Shown here piece by piece: positions 10,712 to 18,000 of a stretch of DNA of 20,000 nt (position 1 is the stretch's first letter; the number at the start of each line of letters is the position of its first letter). This stretch comes from an uncultured virus (IMG/VR IMGVR_UViG_3300047407_000118). Its lineage: Duplodnaviria > Heunggongvirae > Uroviricota > Caudoviricetes. Made by a program: the position numbers and the translations under genes. The DNA is taken from positions 52,261 to 72,260 of the IMG/VR virus record IMGVR_UViG_3300047407_000118; one strand, given 5' to 3'. The notes below the pieces were generated by a model that was not told where the DNA came from, did not search any database, and saw nothing but the letters and a program-made list of their open reading frames with translations.

Positions 10712-10783
10712 GTGTAAAGTTGCGGGTTCTATCCCGCTACGCTGTTTGGGGAAACAGCATAAGCCGCATGATTACGGACCAAG
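10712..10783 (-). promoter_or_regulatory. Structured 5' leader (three consecutive hairpins) between the late box and the 10697 gene
   Basis: Minus strand stems: CCGTA-atca-TGCGG; TATGCTGTTT-cccc-AAACAGCGTA; GCGGG-atagaa-CCCGC. An A-rich stretch with AAGGA follows. Confidence 0.5.
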
Positions 10784-10827
10784 TATTTATGCAAAAACCA
10801 AATTATACCAGAGTACCGTAGTAAATA
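10784..10827. promoter_or_regulatory. Divergent pair of T4-late-like boxes: ATAAATA on - (10790-10784) and GTAAATA on + (10821-10827)
   Basis: Both are TAAATA cores in the divergent intergenic region. The + box is 4 nt before the GTG at 10832, with no SD. Confidence 0.6.
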
Positions 10828-10831
10828 CCCC

Positions 10832-11980
10832 GTGAATACTGCACAGCTAATTGAAACCGGCAATCAACATCGTGCTGATCGCCAATATGATGCGGCTCTG
10901 GCCTGCTATGCCCAGGCCTTTGCCCAGGATCGCGGCTCATCTGCGGCCTTCAACAATTATGGCAATGTACTGCGTGAGATCGGGGAACCTGCTGGGGCAT
11001 TGCCGTTCTTGGAACGTGCCATCCAGCTCAATCCCCAGGATCCCATGGCACAGTTCAATCGATCCGTGTGCTTGCTGCTCTTGGGCGACTATGAGCGCGG
11101 CTGGCCCGCATACGAGACCCGTTGGAACTACGAACATCTCGCGGGCACCTTGCCCCAGCTTGATCGACCGCGCTGGACCGGACAAGATCTCCGGGATCGC
11201 TCTATACTGGTCATAGGCGAACAGGGACATGGTGACTGCATACAATTCAGTCGCTTCCTATGGAACCTACATGTGTTGGGAGCCCGCGTACATTTGCAGA
11301 CCACCGATGGTTTGATACCGTTGTTCCAGAACAGCACCGTCATAGCATCGGTCTCGGCATACAGTAGTGCCATGCCCGAGGTTGATTACTGGATACCCAT
11401 CATGAGCATCCCGGCCGTGCTGGGCCTGACCCTGCAGAATCTACCGCGATCCATCAACTATATCACAGCACCCGACAATTTGTGCCAGCAATGGCGCCAA
11501 CTGTTGGGCAACAAAACGCGATTGAGAGTAGGCTTGTCCTGGAGTGGCCGCCGGGACGCCTGGCTCAACACCCACAAAGGTATGCCATTTGCTCAGGCTC
11601 TCACGCTGATACGATCAAACCCGCAATGCGAATGGATCAATCTCCAGATTGATGCCACCCCAGAAGAAACAGCGGCCTTGGCCGAGCTGGGTGTGCGCAT
11701 GTTTCCCGGTACCATCACTGGATTCCATGATACTGCGGCCCTGCTGATGAACTTAGATGTGGTGCTGAGCGTGGATACTGCCATAGCGCATCTAGCTGGG
11801 GCGCTGGGTCGTCCCACCTGGGTCATGTTGCAGCGATTTGCCGTGGACTGGCGCTGGCTTCTAGCGCGATCAGATTCGCCCTGGTATCCCACAGCACGCC
11901 TGTTCCGTCAGGAGAATTTTGATGACTGGTCCACGGTCATACGCGAAGTCAGTCAATATATCTCATGGTTCAAGGTATGA
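10832..11980 (+). CDS. TPR-repeat protein with C-terminal GT-B/GT9 (heptosyltransferase-like) glycosyltransferase domain, 382 aa
   Basis: N-terminal TPRs (AFNNYGNVLREIG...ERAIQLNP). Then RW.G.DL....ILVIGEQGHGDCIQFSR, RVGLSWSG, and DTAALLMNLDVVLSVDTAIAHLAGALGRPTW...DWRW...DSPWYPTARLFRQ, the typical TPR-GT9-like signature. Confidence 0.9.
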   Translation: MNTAQLIETGNQHRADRQYDAALACYAQAFAQDRGSSAAFNNYGNVLREIGEPAGALPFLERAIQLNPQDPMAQFNRSVCLLLLGDYERGWPAYETRWNYEHLAGTLPQLDRPRWTGQDLRDRSILVIGEQGHGDCIQFSRFLWNLHVLGARVHLQTTDGLIPLFQNSTVIASVSAYSSAMPEVDYWIPIMSIPAVLGLTLQNLPRSINYITAPDNLCQQWRQLLGNKTRLRVGLSWSGRRDAWLNTHKGMPFAQALTLIRSNPQCEWINLQIDATPEETAALAELGVRMFPGTITGFHDTAALLMNLDVVLSVDTAIAHLAGALGRPTWVMLQRFAVDWRWLLARSDSPWYPTARLFRQENFDDWSTVIREVSQYISWFKV

Positions 11981-12147
11981 GTCGACAACCAACCAAACTG
12001 ATCGCAGCCGGAGACATAGTGCGCAGACCCACAGACCGTGCGCAGGGCGTGGTATTGTCACGCCGGGGCATATGGACCGTGGAGGTCAAATGGCCCAGTG
12101 GTGCCAAGGAAATCGTGAAAATCTCGGAGCTGATCAGGGTGGCCTAG
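11977..12147 (+). CDS. Small hypothetical protein (56 aa), SH3/KOW-like pattern
   Basis: ATGA overlap with the upstream stop. Sequence MSRQPTKLIAAGDIVRRPTDRAQGVVLSRRGIWTVEVKWPSGAKEIVKISELIRVA. Ends in TAG. Confidence 0.7.
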   Translation: MSRQPTKLIAAGDIVRRPTDRAQGVVLSRRGIWTVEVKWPSGAKEIVKISELIRVA

Positions 12148-12150
12148 ATT
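12132..12150 (+). repeat. Left copy of 19-bp direct repeat GATCAGGGTGGCCTAGATT
   Basis: Matches 12840-12858 (GATCGGGGTGGCCTAGACT) at 17/19 positions, with a 12-bp exact core GGGTGGCCTAGA. Confidence 0.85.
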
Positions 12151-12161
12151 GTCCAATTTGT

Positions 12162-12191
12162 TTGTAAACCACCTGCAGAATCGTGCATAAT
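12162..12191 (+). promoter_or_regulatory. Putative sigma70-like promoter for the tRNA (TTGTAA-N18-CATAAT)
   Basis: The -35 and -10 like hexamers end 8 nt before tRNA position 1. An overlapping ATAATTA could alternatively be a late-box variant. Confidence 0.45.
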
Positions 12192-12199
12192 TACCATAT

Positions 12200-12273
12200 G
12201 CGCCCGAAGCTGATCGGATAGCCGGAGCCTCTAAAACTCCTGGTAGCGGGTTCGACTCCCGCCTGGCGCACCA
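12200..12273 (+). tRNA. tRNA with CUA anticodon (amber suppressor, tRNA-Sup(CTA))
   Basis: Cloverleaf: acceptor GCGCCCG/CTGGCGC (one C-T mismatch), D arm GCT-GATCGGAT-AGC, anticodon arm GGAGC-CTCTAAA-ACTCC (CTA at 12231-12233, C-A at the loop-closing pair), variable loop TGGTA, T arm GCGGG-TTCGACT-CCCGC, discriminator A, encoded CCA. Confidence 0.9.
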
Positions 12274-12291
12274 CTAACCAAGGAGACTTTC

Positions 12292-12834
12292 ATGTCCTAG
12301 ATTGAATATGCATGCCGAGATTGTGTTTTTCATTTCAACAAAAAACATCTAGAAGACCCCACCGTGCCCATGTGGGTAATCAAAACACATGGTGAAACGT
12401 TCTATGTGAATCATGTCACATGCGAACTTGCCTGGTCAACCAAAGAAACCCCCGACAACACGCATACCAAAGGATCTCTCAAGATCCGTGAATGCCTGCT
12501 GACCATTGACGATGCCAATGAGGCCCGACTCACTGAACTCACAGTCTGGGATCGGGTTCGTCTGCGCAATCAGCGACTGGGTATAACTCGAATCATATTT
12601 GCATACGGTAGTGATATCCATCGTGCGCTCAAGGCCAAGGAGTTCCGGCACAGCTCTTTCAAGAACGTGAGCGGAGGATGCGGTACCAGTTTTGTGGTCT
12701 GTGATCTCCTAGATCCAGCAGAGGCCACGTTTGCTGCTCTCAAATATCAGTTCAGAGTAATGAAACCCAATGAAGATTATTATCGAGCCTATGATCAACC
12801 CGGATCTCACATAGAGGAATCGGGAGAATACTGA
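12292..12834 (+). CDS. Hypothetical phage protein (180 aa) with in-frame TAG at codon 3; requires amber read-through
   Basis: AAGGAG SD (12280-12285), 6-nt spacer, then ATG TCC TAG ATT GAA TAT GCA TGC... = MS*IEYACRDCVFHFNKKHLEDPTVPMWVIKTHGETFYVNHV.... This is in frame with the 12364-12834 ORF of the track, which has no convincing SD of its own. Confidence 0.8.
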
Positions 12835-12839
12835 GGACA

Positions 12840-12858
12840 GATCGGGGTGGCCTAGACT
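12840..12858 (+). repeat. Right copy of 19-bp direct repeat GATCGGGGTGGCCTAGACT
   Basis: Lies 708 bp from the left copy and contains the TAG stop (12852-12854, minus strand) of the convergent lectin gene. Confidence 0.85.
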
Positions 12859-13547
12859 CCATATTGCCCACGTGAGGCATTGAAGTTTTGCAAGACTTCC
12901 CAGTCAGACAAGGATCTATTGTAGCAGAAAAACTGGCCTATACTGCCACTCAAGAGATTGCCATGATCGTAACTGGCTATGTCGGTGCTACCGTCGCCGG
13001 GATGCGGGTTGAGATTGTAGCTTGAACTGGCGTCAAATACACCGTTCACATAGGTTTTCATACTTACATAGGCTTCAAATGTCACGGCTATGTAATACCA
13101 CTGACCTAGATCAAACGTGGCCACGGTGGGAAATGCATTGTAGTTGGCCCAGTCCTGGTGTCCGCTATAGAAACGGTTGCCACCTGATCCAAAAGTGAAG
13201 TGACCACCTGCGAAACTACTCACTATGTTGTTGTTATAGCTGTAGCTGTTAAGACGCAACCACATGCTCTTGGTATACTGATTGTTGGGTAACACATTGG
13301 CAGTGAATCCCACACCGTACTGATTGGCGCCATTGAACGTGAAGTAGGAGGGTGTGCCTGAGGTCCACGTGGGCGAATTCTGCAAGCTAATATTGGCTCC
13401 AAAACCCGAAAGATCATACCAGGTGGTTCCAGATCCCGGATAGCTGGCAGGGTTATTGGCATCCAACCACATGGTCAGTCCTGTGGTGACATATCCAGGT
13501 TCATCCTGCAAGATTGTGCCTTGAATTTTGCCGCCTGAGATAATCAT
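12852..13547 (-). CDS. Concanavalin A-like/LamG-like lectin domain protein (231 aa)
   Basis: LDANNPASYPGSGTTWYDLSG...FTFNG...WYYIAVTF...YVNG...G.IG....YNRSLS..EVLQNFNA pattern. ATGA-coupled to the upstream gene. Ends in TAG. Confidence 0.85.
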   Translation of the reverse strand: MIISGGKIQGTILQDEPGYVTTGLTMWLDANNPASYPGSGTTWYDLSGFGANISLQNSPTWTSGTPSYFTFNGANQYGVGFTANVLPNNQYTKSMWLRLNSYSYNNNIVSSFAGGHFTFGSGGNRFYSGHQDWANYNAFPTVATFDLGQWYYIAVTFEAYVSMKTYVNGVFDASSSYNLNPHPGDGSTDIASYDHGNLLSGSIGQFFCYNRSLSDWEVLQNFNASRGQYGV

Positions 13548-14263
13548 ATTCCAAACCTTGATCTATTGGCATTGAAGTTCTGTGACACACCGCTGGTACC
13601 AATATCTGCGTTATAGATTCTTACAATGCTGAGTTTGCCGCCCCAGTATTGATAATTGTCCCAACGACTCATCAATCTGATGCCATTTCCACCACGCACT
13701 GAGTTGAAGCCGGGCCATGCACGACTGTTAACCAAGACGCCATTTACATACAGTCGCACGGTGGTGCCGTCCCAAGTGCCTGTGACCTGATACCAATTGC
13801 CTGTGATTAGTGTGACCTGCCCAGAATAAGTTGATGCCCAACCACCATTGAATGAACCAGACTGGAGGTAGGGAAAACTGTCTTCGGTGTTGCCCAAAGT
13901 AAAGTTGAGGGGATTGCCAAAATACATTTCTGTCACAATACAAGGAGATCCCGAGCCCATGTTGGTAGTGTCATGATACAACCAGGCTTCCACAGTCCAG
14001 TTTGAAAATGTTGATGCAAATGATGGTCCCTGAGCATACTGACTCAAAGCCGGATCAAACAATATACTACCGCCATTGCCAGCATCGTAGGCAGGGCTGT
14101 TGGCCAAAGTATATACCAATCCGCTTTCAGTATCAGTCCATGTTGAGCCTGAGCCTGGATAACTGGCAGGATTACCGGCGTCAAGATTCAAGATCAAATT
14201 GGCCTGCACCACTCCGGGTGTTTGATATCTACCGCCGCGATAGGTTCCACTTCTTATGATCAT
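13544..14263 (-). CDS. Concanavalin A-like/LamG-like lectin domain protein (239 aa)
   Basis: LDAGNPASYPGSGSTWTD...WTVEAW...WYQVTGTWDGTTVRLYVNG...VRIYN...QNFNANRSRFGI. The ATG at 14263 is preferred over the TTG at 14269. Confidence 0.85.
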   Translation of the reverse strand: MIIRSGTYRGGRYQTPGVVQANLILNLDAGNPASYPGSGSTWTDTESGLVYTLANSPAYDAGNGGSILFDPALSQYAQGPSFASTFSNWTVEAWLYHDTTNMGSGSPCIVTEMYFGNPLNFTLGNTEDSFPYLQSGSFNGGWASTYSGQVTLITGNWYQVTGTWDGTTVRLYVNGVLVNSRAWPGFNSVRGGNGIRLMSRWDNYQYWGGKLSIVRIYNADIGTSGVSQNFNANRSRFGI

Positions 14264-14265
14264 AA

Positions 14266-15027
14266 TCAAATTCCGTAGGTAGTTTTCACAGCATTGTAGT
14301 TTGCGGTGACTTGAGCTTGACTCAAAGCAATGTTGTAAGCTCTCATTTGATAATAGGTGCCAATAGCAACATCAGTTGGCGTGCCTGAGGTACCAGCATT
14401 AGGATGGCGAGAACCAAAGTTCAATCCTGTGGCGGCAGGGCTTTGTGCAGAATTATATCCAGTGGAGACTGAGTTTTGTAGCGTTCCGTTGATGTATAAC
14501 TTGAGGCTAGGTGTAGCATCTACTGTGATAATAAATTGTCTAATAGCTCCTGAGTTGGCAGTGACATTATAAAGGTTGTATTTGCTGGTCACTCCACCTA
14601 TAGAGATTTGAGTTGAGCTTGCCCAATACGCCATCCAACCAAGGCTCGCCAGGTAACTTTCATTGCCAAACAGTGTAGACCAAAAACTCGTTGCAGTAAT
14701 ATTTGCAATAACTTCAACGGTGAACGGGACTGCCAAATTATATGATGTATTGGCTACCATGGCCATGTTTGTGGCTTGACTTGGTCCCAATATCAACCCT
14801 CCATTGTTGCTGGAGGTATAAGTAGCGGTTCCGGTGCCTGTTTTGTATATCGTACCATTGCGACCATTGCCCGACTCATCTAGCCAATAGTTGAAGCTGG
14901 CAGTTGGTGCATTGAGATAGTTGATCTGTAGGCCTGATGTAGTGCCGGTCCAAGTATTATTGCTGGGGTACACAGGTGATGAAGCTGATCCCACGTTGTT
15001 CATCATATTCATCATGATGCCAGTCAT
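14266..15027 (-). CDS. Concanavalin A-like/LamG-like lectin domain protein (253 aa)
   Basis: WLDESGNGRNGT...FTVEV...LKLYINGTL...RAYNIALSQAQVTANYNAVKTTYGI. Start moved to the ATG at 15027 because of a TAATG overlap with the upstream stop and an AGGAG SD. Confidence 0.85.
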   Translation of the reverse strand: MTGIMMNMMNNVGSASSPVYPSNNTWTGTTSGLQINYLNAPTASFNYWLDESGNGRNGTIYKTGTGTATYTSSNNGGLILGPSQATNMAMVANTSYNLAVPFTVEVIANITATSFWSTLFGNESYLASLGWMAYWASSTQISIGGVTSKYNLYNVTANSGAIRQFIITVDATPSLKLYINGTLQNSVSTGYNSAQSPAATGLNFGSRHPNAGTSGTPTDVAIGTYYQMRAYNIALSQAQVTANYNAVKTTYGI

Positions 15028-18000
15028 TAACTTACTCCTGTGCCGTTGATCATCCAAACGTTGGCGGCAACATTCAATAGTGTCGCCATGCCATATGTGG
15101 TCACGGTTCTATTACCAGCAGTGGCATTGCCTGCAAGATACAGACTTACTCCGGTGTCTTGTGCAATAGTGATGTTGCCGGTTCCACGATTTACAATACT
15201 GATTGCTGTGCCCACGGTCCAACTCACAGATGAGTTATTTGCGATAGTCAATGTGTTACCAGTGGACAATGTTGAGTAGTAATGCTTGCCTGCATCGGCT
15301 GCTGCTATTGTGGCATTGCCAGCGAACGATATTTGGGGAAGATCTCTATAACCAATGGCATAGTTAGCAGTGGTTACTGTTGCTGAATTGCCTAACACTG
15401 CTCCAGGAGCAATGATATTGCCACCCAGTTGCACATTACCGCCCAAAGGATTCAACACGATTGGATAGTAAGTGGCATTTTGTGAATATCCGCTTTGTAT
15501 CCATTGTGCATAGGCTGTGCTCACACCATTTAGTGTAGATCCAACTGGATACTGACCCAAAGCCAGATAGTTGCTGCCGGAACCGCCTATTGATACCGCA
15601 GCATTGGCAGTGATTGCGTTGGCTGCTGGGGCAAGCTGAATTCCGCTTAGTAAACTATGTTGTAATGTGGCTGTGGCGTTGGAGCCTACATTCAAGTTAC
15701 CTGTAACACTGGCAGTTCCTGCGGTGCTGATGTTACCACCAATGATATTACCTGTGGCTGTGATCAATCCGCCAGTTAAAATGTTACCGTGTGTGGCATT
15801 ACCAGTAGAACTCATAATGCCAGCAGTTAAGATATTGCCACCAGTGATGTTACTCGAGGCTGATATCAATCCACCTGTTAATACGTTACCACCTGTGATA
15901 TTACCAGCGTTAACTGTGCCGGTGGTAGATATTGTGTTACTGCCATATGCAGCCAACAATGTGGTTACGTTTGAGTTTCCATAACTGCTACCTGCAGCAA
16001 CCGCGGCAAACACACCATTACCATATAACACGGTGCTGGCGTTGCCGTTTAAGTTGATTGAACTAATATTGCCCAAGTTTGCGGCTGTGATATTACCTGT
16101 GGCCGAAATCAAACCTGCTGTGAGTAAGTTGCCACCCGTGATGTTGGCTGACACTGACACTGTGGTTCCTGTGTACGTGGTAGCATTGACATTGGCACCA
16201 CCTAGGATATTACCACCTGTGATGTTGCCAGTAGCTGAGATCAAACCTGTGGTCGTGACGTTGCCGCTGATTACGTTACCAGTCACAGATGCATTACCAC
16301 TGGTAACTGAGAATCCACTTACAATCAAGTTAGATTGGGCATTGACATTACCAGTTACAAAAATACCATTTGTGCTGTTGAAGTTTACTCGCTGACCAAA
16401 CTGAACTGCGGAGCCATTCTGAGTTGTAATCGTATTGTTAGAACCATAAATGGTCAGTGCTGTACCAATAGTTGCGTTGCCTGTTGCAGTCACATCAGAT
16501 AAGGTCGTAGCTCCGGTTACCTGCAACGATGTGGCTGTAACTGTGCCCGAAGCTGATATACCAACACCAAGTAAGTTGCCGCCACGCACGTTACCAGTTG
16601 CACTGATTGCACCACCTGTGAGTATATTTGCACCAGTGATGTTGCCAGTGGCATTTACCTGTCCTGCGGTAGACAAATTGCCACCAATCACATTGGCTGC
16701 GCTGGTGACAGTACCAGTTGCACTGATTGCACCACCTGTGAGTATATTTGCACCAGTGATGTTACCTGCGGTCACAGTGCCAGTAGTGGATATTGTGTTG
16801 CTGCCAAATCCAGCTAGCAAAGTGGTCACATTTGAGTTGCTGTAGGCGGCTGGTAATCCTGTGAGCTGGCTACCATTGCCAAAAAAGTAGTTTGCTGAGA
16901 TATTTCCCGAAGCACTGACCACTCCTGTGGCAACAAGATTGCCACCTGTAACGTTACCGGTAGTGCTGACTGGCGCAGAACCACTGACTTGTATATTGCT
17001 TAGTAAACTGCCATCGCCTAAGATATAGGCACCACGCACGTTACCAGTGGCCGAAATAGCACCACTGGTAGTGATCCCTGTGTTGGAGATTTGCGCCACG
17101 GTGTTTGCTGAGCCCGAGCCGCCGGCATTGAACTTGATACCGTAGCCTGCTGTTGTGGTACCAAGAACCAAGTTGCCACCTGCTGCCCCACCTTGCACAT
17201 ACAGATAACCGTCTCTGCGCTGCACTGCTGAACCAAGACTGTTGTCTTGTGTACCGTCCCACACACTGCTGGCTATACCCATGTCAAGATAGTTTGTGGT
17301 ATCTGTGCCGTCATCTGCTGTGATCGCCAGTTCCATAGACGCCACATTACCGTGATTGGTATTCTGCAGGTTTACTTGGGTATAGCTGTTGTCATCGCCT
17401 GTTATTTGTACCACAGTGTTGGGCAGAGGTGTATAACCGGTCTTGCCAGCATAGATAGCACCAATACCTGTTGATATATTGCCGTAGAACACACCCGAGT
17501 TGCCAGAAATCTGTGTGACGTTTCCTGTAAAGTTTATGTTGCCAGTCACAAACAAGTTACCACCAATGGTAGCGTTACCATCTAAATCAAAGTTTTTTGA
17601 GCCGTTGATGTTGCCACTTATGGTAGCGTCGTAAACACTCAGGTTGCCAGTTGTTGTGATATCTCCGGGAGCAGTCAGTGCACCTGTGTTATCAAATGTC
17701 CAATGGCTTGTGAATGCGCTTATGCTCACATTGCCATTGGCATAGATCTGGATATCGTTGGCATCCATGTAGATGGCTGTGAGATCATCCACAGTAGAAG
17801 TTAGATAGGCAGTGTTACCACCGTTTTCGTTCAGCGACAGTTTTGAGTTGCCCTGTACAACGTTGCCAGGTATAGTCAAGTTACCAGTATAATCAAACAC
17901 CCAACTGTTAGAACCAGCTGTGATGTTTACATTACCTGCATGGCCTGCTGGGTCTGCACTGTTGCCTGTTGTGAGATAGATGCTGCCGCCAGGACCTCCT

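Noticed and set aside
12200..12273. tRNA-Pyl or tRNA-Arg(TCT) assignment
   Set aside because: It has a canonical GG D-loop, TTCGA T-loop, 5-nt variable loop and 5-bp anticodon stem, unlike tRNA-Pyl, and no pyl genes are in the window. The stem register centres CTA, not TCT, in the loop.
12274..12340. Theta (HDV-like) ribozyme 3' of the suppressor tRNA
   Set aside because: The CCA is encoded and is followed directly by the SD and start codon. No nested double-pseudoknot pairing could be found by eye.
12364..12834. GTG start at 12364 as given by the ORF track
   Set aside because: It has no convincing SD, whereas the upstream in-frame ATG at 12292 has AAGGAG at ideal spacing and the intervening codons look protein-like.
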